From NCBI RefSeq assembly GCF_009914755.1, contig NC_060940.1: a stretch of DNA of 64,000 bases; one strand, given 5' to 3'. Source of the stretch: the human T2T-CHM13v2.0 reference genome, Homo sapiens. The notes under the pieces were generated by a model. The model was not told the DNA's origin. It made no database searches and saw only the letters and a list, made by a program, of their open reading frames with translations. The position numbers and the translations under genes were made by a program. Positions within the stretch are counted from its first letter, which is position 1, and each line of letters starts with the position of its first letter. Shown one piece after another: positions 1-20,833 of this stretch.

Positions 1-283
1 AATTAGCAAAAGCTTTAGCAGCATAAAATAGGCTTAGACTCCAGATATTCAGGCTTCTCCTGTCACTGTTCTGCATGAAACAGGTTTTATACTACTGCAC
101 TAATAATGCAAATGCTTTGCCCATGGAAATCCTATCAATAAGATAACTATTAGGGTAAAAATGAAAGCCAAAGAACAATCTCCATTGGCCTACACAATTA
201 AAGCTTTTAGAAAAGACTACATTTAAGATATTCACTATAAGCTCCCCCAACTTCTTTGAGCTGTAAATGCCAATGGGGAAAAC

Positions 284-573
284 TTTTTTTTTTTTTTTTT
301 TTGAGACGGAGTCTCACTGTGTCACCCAGGCTGGAGTGCAGTGGCGCGATCTCGGCTCACTGCAAGCTCCGTCTCTTGGGTTCACGCCATTCTCCTGCCT
401 CAGCCTCTCCAAGTAGCTGGGACTACAGGCGCCTGCCACCACGCCCGGCTAATTTTTTTGTATTTTCAGTAGAGACGGGGTTTCACCGTGGTCTCGATCT
501 CCTGACCTCGTGATCTGCCTACCTCGGCCTCCCAAAGTGCTGGGATTACAAGCGTGAGCCACCGCGCCTGGCC
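284..573 (-). mobile_element. Alu
   Basis: Full dimer with leading poly-T. Confidence 0.95.
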
Positions 574-751
574 AGGAAAACTTAAAACAAAAAGATTAAA
601 ACAAAACAAAACAAAACAAAAACAGGTCACCCAGACGGTTTGTTTAGTGATAAAGCCAAAATTTGAAGCCAAGTCTGACCCATGTGCTAAATCATGCTAC
701 CCTGAGTCTCCTCAAAATGTTGCACAATGTGTATTTCAAAAATGAAAACTA

Positions 752-1526
<775 letters not shown>

Positions 1527-1602
1527 TTATATATATAAAGCTTTAGAGTGTGAATCCAAAAAGGAACAGAAATGATAATTAAAAAAAAAATATGAATGCT
1601 AC

Positions 1603-1786
1603 CTCTGTGTACAGCTGACTCCAGGCACATTAACAAGTAGGAGAGCCTGGCTTCACGCGATCGCGGAAGGTTTTCCACATTGCACCGGTATTTCTTCAAG
1701 TCACTTTTACAGGATTTGGCCAATGAATAACTGACTTTATAATCCTGGGCAATCAGCTTTTGGCGGGTTGTAAGTGCTTCTCGACA
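1603..1786 (-). CDS. GLG1: GLG1 coding exon 7 (184 nt; CREALTTRQK...LESAVHR-G)
   Basis: Translation matches the GLG1 Cys-rich repeats; acceptor ctctttcctcag|TGT, donor AG|GTAGCA; in frame with exon 6. Confidence 0.97.
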
Positions 1787-2587
1787 CTGAGGAAAGAGTA
1801 CAGCAACAGCCGTGAGACCACTCATGTAACTTTACTGTTGACGTGTACCACTAAGATGAGCACAGCGACTCAGCCAAGTACATGTCAACAACTGCAGTTA
1901 TTACCAACATATCTATCTTTAAGTTTGGTTAAAATGTTCACAATTGAGCTAAACTAGTGTGGCATGAGACAGGGGTAAGTGGGTGGGGAACCTAGAAATT
2001 CTGTAGTCACTTGCTAGTTGTTGCTGCAATAGCAGCTATCCAAAACATGTAAATATCTCACAGATCCCAATATGTTAACTTGACACACAGCATTCTTTTC
2101 CACTTTAACAATACCCCGAACATAAATTTCACTAGCATCAAACTGGCAACTAACATAACATTTGGGATATTCTGTTCAATGCTTTAAAATACAATTATTC
2201 AATTATTCTATATCATCTGAATAATAAGATTTGAATAAGATTGTTCAAATGATACAAGAAAAAGGAAATGAGAAACATTTCTTCAGCTACACAGGAAAGT
2301 AAATGACAAGATAGCAAAATTAATTATTTCAAAAGCCATCAACTGTTCTTGCATTCATTCAGGGAAAAAGAACTAAAAGAGGATGCTTAATGATATAGCT
2401 GCTGAAAAATTAAATAGCTAATTGCCTAGAAAGCACATTGATTTGGTTAACCTAAACTTCTTGAGGAGGCAGGGCTGGCCTTAGTGTGGTTTTATATAAA
2501 ATTCTCTGATTTTACTCCCCAAACAAAGTAATATCTGAGAATTTTATATAAAATCACACTGAGGATTTTATATAAAACCACAGTGAG

Positions 2588-2870
2588 AGGCGGGTGGATC
2601 ACCTGAGGTCAGGAGTTTGAGAGCAGCTTGGCCAACATGGTGAAACCCCGTCTCTACTAAAAATACAAAAATTAGCTGGGCGTGTTGTCAGGTGCCTGTA
2701 GTCATAGCTACTAGGGAGGCTGAGGCAGGAGACTTGCTTGAACCCGGCAGGCAGAGGCTACAGTGAGCCGAATCATGCCACTGCACCCCAGCCTGGGTGA
2801 CAGAGAAAGACTCCACTCAAAAAAAAAACAAAAACAAAACAAAACAAAAACACCTAAAAAAACCACCACA
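2588..2870 (+). mobile_element. 5'-truncated Alu
   Basis: Starts ggcgggtggatcacc; flanked by repeat accacagtgaga. Confidence 0.9.
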
Positions 2871-3012
2871 GTGAGAACCCTACTTGGCTTCTCACTATCT
2901 AGATATCACAATCAGGGTTTCATTTTCTTGGTTTCAGCCAAATATGCTTAAAACCCAAGTACCTCACCTCTGAAAGCGGTGAGCTTTATCAGTCATTTAC
3001 GTTTCGGTATAA

Positions 3013-3396
<384 letters not shown>

Positions 3397-3406
3397 TAAT
3401 ACTTAC

Positions 3407-3478
3407 CTTTTCACTCATGGATTCTTCAAATTTATGGTTAAAGAGGCACTTATACACTCTGCCCTCACCAGCTTGTGT
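3407..3478 (-). CDS. GLG1: GLG1 coding exon 6 (72 nt; TQAGEGRVYKCLFNHKFEESMSEK)
   Basis: Translated by hand (absent from ORF track); acceptor ccatcttatag|ACA, donor AAG|GTAAGT; bridges exons 5 and 7 in frame. Confidence 0.97.
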
Positions 3479-3753
3479 CTATAAGATGGAACATACACAT
3501 TATTATTACTTTAGCTAAATAGTTATGCTGAACATTATCCACAATCTCATATAGAGCTTTCTATTAAACGATTATAATCGTACATACCTTTGGACAAACA
3601 GCGCTTCCATTTATAAAATTTAATAGGCTTTTAACAAAAACAGTGACTGCAGTAAAGACGAAAAAAATATTCCCATGATATTTGGAGTTTGTCATTTGTT
3701 CTCAGATGTATTTTGTTAATTAGGGAACCAAGAGAAGTGTTAGAGTCTGAGTC

Positions 3754-4120
<367 letters not shown>

Positions 4121-4633
4121 TGATGGTTAAAGCTGTTAATGCAAACCAGCAGGCAGAGTGGAAGTGTACACAAGTTACTTTCAGTACTTTGTTGTAAGGA
4201 TGGAGAGACCATTCTATTTAAAGACTTAGAAGGCTGTTCTGTAGAGTCAGCAGGTGGTAATCAAGGATTTGGTTTTAAAGATTAGCCACCTGCTGTTTTC
4301 TTCACCTTAGCCAAAAACACATAAATATATAATGCGTCAAAGTTTTAGCCATTGAATAGATGTAAATAAGATCCTGGGTAAAATAAAATTCCTATAGATA
4401 AAACAGACTTCCAAGAACTGAAATTGAGAAGTGAGATAAAGCAGAAAAAATACTAAGTGGAGATCATTAGAAGCCAGCTGTTAACCAAATGTTCAGTCAT
4501 CAAGGTTGAGCATCCAGTTACCACTTTCTGCTATACTGGGACCAATTTCTTCTTCCATTTCTGTGGCTTTTCTACATGTGAGGTTTCTTGATGGCTTATT
4601 TTACGTTAGAATAGAGTATTAAAAAATATTTAA

Positions 4634-5005
<372 letters not shown>

Positions 5006-5086
5006 AACACAATTAAATTAATTAAAACAAAATTATATATGTGTAAAAATAAAAGGAAGAAAAGAACAGTTTCTGAGCTGACTCAC

Positions 5087-5290
5087 ATTTTCACAAAAAC
5101 GCTCCCGATCATCTCGGCAAGCAAAATATAAATGCCGGTCTAAGTGAAAGTCATCCGATGACAGCTCAGCCACCCGGAGAATGGCTTTCTTGCAGAGTTC
5201 AGAAACTTGAATCTTGGGTTCTCTTTCTTCTGCTTCTTTCACCAGGCCTTTCTCCAAGCATGATACCACCTCACCTTGTGAATGTGCATC
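5087..5290 (-). CDS. GLG1: GLG1 coding exon 5 (204 nt; DAHSQGEVVSCLEK...RERFCEN)
   Basis: ORF 5033..5269 contains the GLG1 sequence; acceptor gctattttag|GAT, donor AAT|GTGAGT. Confidence 0.97.
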
Positions 5291-5357
5291 CTAAAATAGC
5301 GAGGATATTAATATTTTAAAACTTTTATCACATGGGTTTCAAATAAACAACATTTGG

Positions 5358-5360
<3 letters not shown>

Positions 5361-5400
<40 letters not shown>
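5361..5400 (+). repeat. (CA)20 microsatellite
   Basis: Perfect dinucleotide run. Confidence 0.98.
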
Positions 5401-5402
<2 letters not shown>

Positions 5403-5617
5403 GTAATAAAACCCCATCATAGAGTTGACTTATTAACGTTCTACCAAGAAATCAAGTAAGAACCAACCACATTGTGGAAGTTAAAGAAAATGCTCTCAAT
5501 AATCTTCAGTTAGAATATAATACTTGCATGCTACAAATGGAAACAGAGATCCTGGAAAGTTTAAGTATTATAGTTTAGTTAGCACTAGAAATAAGAACCT
5601 GAATTTTTAAAAATTTA

Positions 5618-5981
<364 letters not shown>

Positions 5982-6085
5982 TCAAAGTTCTGGTCATAGT
6001 TCATGTCAAGACTGAAATTACACTGCTGAAATCTCTGTTCATTTGTCTCTAAAAACCAGGCATTTCCCAAATAACAGTGCTTGCT

Positions 6086-6376
6086 TTTTTTTTTTGAGAC
6101 GGAGTCTCGCTCTTTCGCCCAGGCTGGACTGCAGTGGCGCTATCTCGGCTCACTGCACGCTCCCACTCCCGGGTTCACTCTATTCTCCTGCCTCAGTCTC
6201 CTGAGTAGCTGGGACCACAGGCGCCCGCCACCACGCCCGGCTAATTTTTTGTGTTTTTAATAGAGACGGGGTTTCACCGTGTTAGCCAGGATGGTCTCGA
6301 TCTCCTGACCTCGTGATCCGCCCGCCTCGGCCTCCCAAAGTGCTGGGATTACTGGCGTGAGCCACTGCGCCCGGCC
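6086..6376 (-). mobile_element. AluY-like
   Basis: CpG-rich full dimer; flanking repeat aacagtgctt. Confidence 0.95.
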
Positions 6377-6790
6377 AACAGTGCTTTCAGTCAAGTTAAA
6401 AACCAACAAACCACATAATCCACTAAGAAGTTAGAGACTTTCTTGCTCCTTTCCCTACTCTGTGGTGTCCACAAACATCCCAATATGTAGAATCTGTTGT
6501 TTAATACTCACGTTGATGTTCTGGATTTATCTTAATGGGATTTAACAAGATTACCACTGTTTACACAAAACGCTTCTGAGAGTTTTCTTAAAAACCATCC
6601 AATTATCTTTAATTGTACACTTCATCATCCCCATAGCAACCACAAACATTCATTCATGCAAAATATGAGATAGTTCCCCTAAATATTTTCTATTCAAGAG
6701 TCCTAATCTATACTTACAAGATATGTTTCAACAATTTAAGGTATAACCACTAATATAGCAAACCAAAGCATCTTAAAATATAGTGCTATT

Positions 6791-7560
<770 letters not shown>

Positions 7561-7858
7561 GATTCCTAAAACCAAGTAGCGTAACATCTACTTCAGACAA
7601 AATTTCAAATCAACCAAAGAATGTATTTTTTTCTATTTTAATTAAAGGATTTGTCTATAGCACCTTAATTTCCAAGTGTTTCCATGAAAGCTTTCGTGTT
7701 ATCTCCTAACACACATATGAAGAAAGGACACAGCTCTGATATCTACTGCGGACATGAATGAACAGAGGCTCAGAGGAGTTAACTAACTCATTTGAGTTGT
7801 AGAACATGAAGTGTCTAGCTAACAGTCCATTATTTATTTATGGGGTTAATCTGGGTGA

Positions 7859-8352
<494 letters not shown>

Positions 8353-8392
8353 AAATGTAACTACACTGGCATTAGGTCATAACAACACTTCT

Positions 8393-8700
8393 GGCTGGGC
8401 ACGGTGGCTCACGCCTGTAATCCCAGCACTTTGGGAGGCCGAGGCAGGTGGATCACAAGGTCAGGAGATAGAGACCATCCTGGCTAACACTGTGAAACCC
8501 CGTCTCTACTAAAAATACAAAAAATTAGCCGGGCATGGTGGCAGGCACCTGTAGTCCCAGCCACTCAGGAGGCTGAGGCAGGAGAATGGCATGAACCTGG
8601 GAGGCGGAACTTGCAGTGAGCCGAGATTGTGCCACTGCACTCCAGCCTGGGCGACAGAGTGAGACTCCGTCTCAACAACAACACCAAAATAAAAAAAAAC
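8393..8700 (+). mobile_element. Alu
   Basis: Full dimer. Confidence 0.93.
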
Positions 8701-11208
8701 AATACTTCTCTACTAGATGTTTCCATTCATTGTAACTTTCAGATAAATATTTTTTTCAAATAAGGGTATTTCAGGAGTTCCTCGGAGTCTCTGAGCTTTT
8801 AGTGCATTGGAGTTTATAACTGAAAGGCATATAAATATTTGACAGCGAAGACTGCATGGTTAGTTACCAAACATTAATTAAAGTGAGGTGAACTACACAC
8901 CTGCACATTATGAGAAAATAAGCTCATTTAGGTTTAAAAAGTTATTAATACACAGGCTTGGCATATGAGTAATAAATTATCCTATAAATGAACTTACAAT
9001 AATTTTTTGTTAACTTTATTATGGTAGAAAAACATCTGCTTAAAATCTACTGCCATTGCCTTGATCCGTTTTTAGAAGTTTGATAGGCAGTATTTTTCTT
9101 CCCCATATTCCGTGTCCTTTAACAACAACGGCCCCCACAAAAAAAAACAAAAAAAAAAACCAACAACAGATGCTAACACTAATCTCTAAATAGTAGGCAA
9201 GAACTCAGTTTTTATCTCTGCTATAAACCATTCTCTATTTCAATCCTTCTGCTGTCTTCTGTAATCTACCTCACTAGATAAAGGAAAAAGGAATATTAGA
9301 ATTACTCAAATTAACTGGTTAAAAGCAGGAAATAATAAATGAAATAATAAATAATAAATGATACAGCTACCGAGAGAAAAGCATAAAAGTACTAATACTG
9401 TGGCACATGTCCGCAATTAAGTTCCTTTGTTGGCAGCCACAGTCTTTTTCTTCAGATGATGTAAATCATTTATATCTTTACTTTTGGAAATCTGCCCTTT
9501 CATTTTGACAACATTTATTATTATATAAAATTCTAAAGCCTTTATTAATGTATCTTCTTTGTTCTAAAATTTATATGAACATTTGAAAAAATCATAGTTT
9601 TGAAATCATGACATTTATGTGTTCATACAAAGGCAAGGTACAAACAGATTAACCATGAATCCTCTCCTCGGTCCTCTGGAGGAGGCCAAGTCAAAGCCAG
9701 TCATAGAAGAGTTTCAAGCTTCAGTGGCAGCAAATTTGAAACTGACAAGCCTGTTGTTTTCTGTGTTCAGAAGCTGCTTTGTTAATTTTCAGTATAAGTT
9801 TTCTATCTGAATAACTGGCTTCAGAAAAGCAAACTACGGGTTTTAGAAAAAGGCAGAGAAGAGCTGAGAACATGCCTCCCTCTTTTTTAAATTTGGCTGT
9901 AGTACAGAGTGAATGATATAGGAAGGAAGGTGTTTTTTCAGAAGTTCATGTGTGAGTCTATCTCACCGTCCCCAAAATACAAGAAAGCCTTTGATGCTGG
10001 TGTAGTGACCTGGTATAAACTGAAATTTCACCCAACTGGTAGACATACTGAAAGATTAAATGACAAAAGTGTCATTTCTATCTTTAGTCCATAGGAACAA
10101 TTTTTATTATTTTATCTAAGTGAATAAACAATCCTGTCGTGCCTTTTGGCTCCAGCAGTACTATTTTCTGCAATCGTTTCAGTCACTACAGACTTAGTAA
10201 CTCATACATGGAGGTGACAATTCAGAGAGCTAGAAGGAGGCTAATCAGCTGCTACCTTGGTGGTTACCAGGCAAGAACTACTCCACAGAGGGACTGAAAC
10301 GCTTGGCTTTACTGCATGGAGCACTCATCACGAGGGTGAAAAAGCCTCATTTCTGATTCCTGAAAAGTATGTTTGGAACCCTGTGGAGACTTTAAAAGGA
10401 GCCAGGTTTGGAATTGGATATAATTTTCAACATCCTAAATAAAGTCAGAAGAGCTTCCTGAATCATCAGTGACTTAAGTGCTTTTGTGCCATTTTGAGAG
10501 TCTGCTGGGAAGGAAAACACTGCGTTCTTTATTAAAGCTGTCCTTTCTTTATTTGCCTGAAAGATTTATGCCAAGCCACAGAGTTTTTCAAGACCAACTC
10601 AGTGGTACACTCGGATAAGGGATCAGGCCCTGTGCTCATATTAAGGAAAGGGCATCAGGGCTTTGGTGACAGCCAGACAATACACAGCAAGAAACCCTTC
10701 ATTTGAACTGTGTGCTCAGTTCCAGGATCCTAACACCATGTCCCCTTTGTCAGTGATAGACGCCTGCCAACCATGAACAAATAGAGGGCAAAGGGACAAA
10801 TGGGTTTTATTTTCCATCATATTTCCTGAACAGTAGATTAATGAGCAGCAGCAACTAATAGGTGATGCCACAGGTCTCAGGGTCCCTCTCCCACTGGCAT
10901 CCATTACTTTTCAGGAGTTTTTTTCATTTTTGCTGAGCAAACAAATTCAGAATAAACCTGGCCAGATCTCTATTGTGACCTTCTGTTCAGCAGACTAAGT
11001 CAAAAAATAAGATCAGATATAACTGTGGAAGAAGAAACTAGCTAGGTAGTTATTTTCTTTCCTGTCTTTACTAAAATCAGTTCTTCTGAGATGAAGATTA
11101 ATAATATATCACATTTAGAGAGGACTTTTCTTCCAACTAACTAGAAGTACCTTCACATATCTTAAAATTTTCTGATATTTTATAGATGGACAGCAGCCAG
11201 TGTGCTAA

Positions 11209-11539
<331 letters not shown>

Positions 11540-11594
11540 AGTAATTTTTTTTATACTAACAGTGGGACATATGCAGAGAAAGATTACTGAACTT

Positions 11595-11886
11595 GGCCGG
11601 GACCGGTGGCTCACGTCTGTAATCCCAGCACTTTCGGAGGCCGAGGCGGGCAGATCACTTGAGGTCAGGAGTTCAAGATCAGCCTGGCCGACATGGCGAA
11701 ACCCCAGCTCTATTAAAAATACAAAAATTAGCCAGGCGTGGTGGTGCATGCCTGTAGTTCCAGCTACTCAGGAGGCTGAGGCAGGAGAATCACTTGAACC
11801 CAGGAGGCTGAGGCTGCAATGAGCGGAAATCCCACCACTGTACTCCAGCCTGGGAAACAGAGGGAGACTCTGTTTCAAAAAAAAAA
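11595..11886 (+). mobile_element. Alu
   Basis: Full dimer. Confidence 0.94.
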
Positions 11887-12200
11887 TATTAGAGAACTCA
11901 GGTCTCTCCTTTGCCAGAGGCACATTACAGGTAACCAGCAGCTGGTCTAATATTGTGAAGATAACACCACTCTTTGCAGGTATTAATTCCTCTGCTTCCC
12001 ATACAGTACTGAAAAATTTTGCTACAAACACATGAAATACATTGTCAACCAGCCTTAGCTCTTAGGGCTGTCTGGACAAGTTTCTTCAATTTCAACTTAA
12101 GGTCACTCCAGTCCTAAATTTTTCCCATGTCAGTTATACAAAGCTTTTCATACACCAAATTTTAAGACCCCTTTGTTGAAGCTAACGTAGTATTAGATAC

Positions 12201-12416
12201 CTTTTCTCCAAGCCGAATACTGCCACATTTCAGAATGTTGATGTCATTTTTGCAGTCATCCATGAAGCCACAGATTAAACGGTAATCACTAAAAATGATG
12301 GCCGTCATCTTGGTAATGTACTGGTGACACTGATACTCAGTGATGTTGCCTCGGTGATCCACCAAGCAGGAAACCATGTAACCTTTTCCAACCGGTTCAT
12401 CAGCACATTCTTTAAT
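12201..12416 (-). CDS. GLG1: GLG1 coding exon 4 (216 nt; IKECADEPVGKGY...SIRLGEK)
   Basis: ORF 12162..12467 contains the GLG1 sequence; acceptor ttttgagcag|ATT, donor AAG|GTATCT. Confidence 0.97.
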
Positions 12417-12959
12417 CTGCTCAAAATAAAGTAGCTGTTTTACAAAAGTGTTCCATGCTCGTATCAAACAATATTTATCAAAGAGAAAAATGTCTGAAAT
12501 TTTCCTGTTGATTTCCTAATTCTTTACTTGGAAGAAAAAAAGAAAAATGCTTAGAAATATATCCAAGGAAAACATTTAGGAATACATTCATTTTAAAGAA
12601 AAATAGTGTCATCCCTACTCAGACTGTTGTGCCTTCTAGAAAAACCTGATTAATGTGTTTTGCAAAAAAATACCTACATATCAAATGCTTAGGTAATGCT
12701 CACTTCTAAATGCAGTGAAAAGAGCTGTTAACATCTACAGCTTTGGCATGGTCCTATGAAGTCCTTGTAACCATGCAAAAAATGCAGGAGACAGCGAGGG
12801 GATGAATCTAGGGAGGAAGATTTGACAAACAGGTGCAAAAGTGAAGTCCAGCTGCATACCCTAAGCCAAGCTACACAGAAAACTATTATTGTTAGGCAAA
12901 CCTAAGGGCCAAGGAGAGACAGGAGGGAAGGTGTAATATTACTTCTTGACATGACATTA

Positions 12960-13264
<305 letters not shown>

Positions 13265-14043
13265 TGACATGACATTAATGTGTTCTAAATTAACTATGGA
13301 TTGAACATGTGTTTTTGAAATCAGTAGAATCCAAACTTAACCGCTGTGGTTTGGGACACATGTGGTCTGGGAAACATGTTTAAAATAATGTTCAGTGCAG
13401 TTTAGCAAGAAGTTTGGGAAGGGGAACCTAGTTTGGGTGGTTTAGACATATGATCTAGTGGATCAGGCACAGAGTGATTCTGCATGGTGGTGTTCCTGCA
13501 AAGTGCATTCCAAACCACAAAATGCTAATAAAGCAAACTAGCCCCCAAATGCTGAAATTCAGGCAAAAGTAAAACCTAATAATAGAATTATAAGCTTAAA
13601 TTATAAAACAGAGAAGGGTGTTTGGAAAAGAGCCTATTGCATTTGGGGAAATTAAGACAAACTGAAGTGGCAATTCTGACAAGAGGAAGGAGTTAAATGG
13701 GAATGTTTATTTTGAATATAAACAAGAAACAGTGCTTTATTTGTCCTTTGAATGCAATAGAGAGCATTCTCCCCATTAGGCCTATCTATCACAAGCATGC
13801 CCATAGGGCAAAACAAACACAATCTCCTCTTCCAAAAGGTGCTGGATGAAGGACACACCACCGAGGAATTATCCTATAGGCAACAGGTTGTCTTCACCTC
13901 TAACTCCAGTATCAAATCCAGACCACGTAAATAACTCAGTTCAGAAAAGAAAGTTGTGTTTACTTCTAAAGGGGCAAACTTGGGAATTTAGTAAATAATA
14001 GTCTCACACTGGTTTCAGAGACAGCAGAGATTTTCAACAGTCA

Positions 14044-14924
<881 letters not shown>

Positions 14925-14963
14925 CTAATGTTGAGCAACCAAAAGTTTTAAAACATCTCAAGA

Positions 14964-15326
<363 letters not shown>

Positions 15327-16127
15327 CTAAATGTAAATTTTAGCTTCAATCACTTGAGATTTTACTGAAACAGAGATGTGGCACCTACTCATTTTTCAGC
15401 TCACTATCCATTACAACAGGGCGTGGTGTTAGAATGAGAAGTTTGCATGTTTCTTCATTCTGCTGGATAGCACTTTTTCCTTCTATCTTACTAAACTTCT
15501 AAGATGAACAGCAAAAAAGGGGCACTAAATCATCATCAACATATTTAAGAATAGGAGTAAACTCTGAAGTGGCTGGGGAGCAGATTGAAAAGGTACCATG
15601 AGCAAAATGCTGCAGTCACTCTATTTTTTGACTGGAGCCAGAAGGAAAGCAGGCAGGATTTAGCTCAATCCTGGAGATTAAGTTTGGTTTGTATTAATAG
15701 TTTACAGGTATTCTTGTGATGTTGTTTTTCTCCCTGGAAGTAGGATTCCAAAATTAAGAAAGATGATAGAATGAAAATACAGAATGAAATGTTTTGCTGG
15801 AGACTGTGTTCTTCCTGATATTTAATTTCCCTGACTCCAGTATAATCTTCCTGTGGGAGGGAGAAGTGTCCTTGTTAATGCTAATCTTTTACAAAACTAG
15901 AACACCCCAAAAGGTCACAGAGGACCATCGTGATACACACATTATATGGAAACCAGCCTAATGCAAAGAGTGAAATTATTCTAGTGAATATGTACATACT
16001 CAACTAAATTTCCCTGGGCCAATCAAACTGGTATGTATTTAATGGGACACAAAATGGGGCAAAACAAACATATGCGGGTATATATATATGTATCTCTCCA
16101 ATGTGTTTTTTAAAAAAAAACTACTTA

Positions 16128-16543
<416 letters not shown>

Positions 16544-17512
16544 TTAAAGTTAGAGGTTTAGTCCTATAGCTAGCTAAGGGAGTTTGAGATGTAGAATATT
16601 AAAGCTAGGAGCTAAAGATAAATTTTTCAACGACATGCCTTTCTGCTCGGAAGCCCCAAGGTAAATATGAGGGGTCACTGCTTTAAAAGAATAAAACATA
16701 ACTGATCTAGTATTAGAAAGTTTGAGAAAACAGGTTCTACGAGTCCCCATAATGACACAAGGAACACAGGCTGATGGTTTATCTGGATGAGACAGGGTCT
16801 TCCTTAAGAGCTCTGAAGAATGTGGCCCTGACTTAATTCATCAATAGGGCCAGCTTGAGGACAATTAGTATGGTGTGAGATCTATGACTGTTAATTCTGG
16901 GGTGGAAAAATAGCAACTGTTTTCTCTGTGATTCTCATATTTCAGAATGCAGAAACTCTGGCTTCCTGGAGTTTCTATTATTGATTCAAAAAAAAAAAAA
17001 ACCGTTAAAAAAAAAAGAAATTTAAAGTACCACAATTTTCACTAATATTATTTGTTGTTTACACTGGGCCAAGATAAATAATTTTTAAAATCTTAACCTT
17101 TTTAACACTAACTCCTATTATTTGAAGTATATACCTCTGTGGGTCAATTGATCCAGCTGCATAGCCAAAACAGGAATGCTGACAGACCTCCTGTAACCAG
17201 GCTGATATGCTTCAGACACAGCATGTTGTCCAATGTGTGAGAGTAGCACTGATACCTCAGCACTTTTACTTGCTGTTTTGAGACCAATAGAACCTGATTT
17301 CCAACTGCCTCAATCAATAGTATCCTAATGTAAGCGTAGGTGGACATTAACAAAAAGAGTCTAATTACACCCCCCAACTTCCTAATTTTCAACCAAGACA
17401 GATGTGAATTCTAAGAAAAGTAATGTAACTGAGTCATTCTTCTCATAAGGGCTGGTCTGGTAATTTTCTCCTCTAAGCCATTAGTTGTCTACAAAATTCT
17501 TTGACAACTTAC

Positions 17513-17599
17513 CTCTGTTATAGTAGATTTGCAAACCTCTCTGGCCACAGATTCAAATTTGGGATCTGTAGTTAGGTTCAGCTTATAATTCCACAACAA
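17513..17599 (-). CDS. GLG1: GLG1 coding exon 3 (87 nt; LLWNYKLNLTTDPKFESVAREVCKSTITE)
   Basis: Translated by hand; acceptor ctcctatctag|TTG, donor GAG|GTAAGT. Confidence 0.97.
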
Positions 17600-17866
17600 C
17601 TAGATAGGAGAGGAAAAAAAAAAACAAAGAAAAACTCCAGTTAGAACAGTACGAAATTTATTATCAACGTTAAATGACAAAAGCCAATTATACAGAGTCA
17701 GACAAAGCATATTCACATCAGATAACAAACAAAGTAGGATAAAATGCCATCACATTCCTAGATAAAAGGAAAAAAATGCAAGCCAAATAAAAGGATGACT
17801 ATTCAGATATATTTTTGTCGTTTTTACTAAAGGACAATTTTTTTTTTTTTTTTTTTTTTTTTTTGA

Positions 17867-17956
<90 letters not shown>

Positions 17957-18243
17957 TAAATGACAATTTTTTTAGAGCTATAAATTAAAAACCATTAAAA
18001 AGTCAAGAAAAAATGAAAAATTAAGATCCTTGGTAAGGTTTTCAAGGAAAATATAAATAGGTTATATGAGCTAAATTCTGCTTGAACCAAAAAGTCTAAT
18101 CCAGAAGCTCAGATTTGGTGGATTCAGTCTCAGATCTCACAATCAACAGTGCTTTCATAGATCGGTTTCATGGAGGAGAGTCGCCCAGGTTCTAGTTTCT
18201 AGGCATATTTATCTTCATTCATTCATTCATTTAAAAAAAAATT

Positions 18244-19005
<762 letters not shown>

Positions 19006-19299
19006 CATAAGGTCCACTTTATACAACTGTTTTAACACATGTTACACTAGAAAATATCTAAAGCCTATTCTTGCAGATAATGACTAAATATTACTTTATT
19101 TTTGAAGCTTCCATAAAAATATTTTGATAAGTGATCCAATTTCTGAAACTAAGCAAAAATGAGCCTTAAATTGTTCAGTTGGTGAGATAGAGCAGAGACT
19201 TTGGATGATGTAGAACATGAAGATGTATGTATATATTCATTTTTGGAGGGGGGTACATTCCTCTCTGGCTACTATATACTCCTAGACAAAAAAATACAG

Positions 19300-20322
<1,023 letters not shown>

Positions 20323-20833
20323 TTAGGACAAACAGTAACAAAAGCCAGAAAAATTAAAACTATAAGCAGAATATTTCCTTACTATTTTATCGAATGCAAA
20401 GTCAGATGTCCTACAATTGAGCTAGAAATAGATTTTCCGCCAACAGACGTTTAGATGACCATTTAGATTTTTTGAATGTCTTCACCTTTTAATTTGAAAA
20501 CTTACTTGTTCTGACAGGCATAAATTTCCTTATGAACAAGTCTCTTCCCTAAGAACCATGACAGTATTGTCAAATGCTAAACATTTTACTGTATCTCATC
20601 TTTTTTTTGTTCATTTCAAATTGATATATAATTCATATACCATAAAATTTACCTCTCTAAAGTGTACAATTCAGTGGTTTTTTACTTTATTCACAAGGAT
20701 GGGCAACAACCACCATTGCCTAATTATAGAACATTATCACCCCAAACAGAAGCCCACACCCATTCTGTCACACTTTATCCTCTCTACCCTCATCTTCTGG
20801 CAACCATTAATCTACTTTCTGGTCTTTTATTTC

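Noticed and set aside
13345-13520. Short inverted repeats tgtggtttgg...ccaaaccaca around ~170 bp (MITE-like)
   Set aside because: Only about 10 bp of match and no clear TSD; compatible with chance
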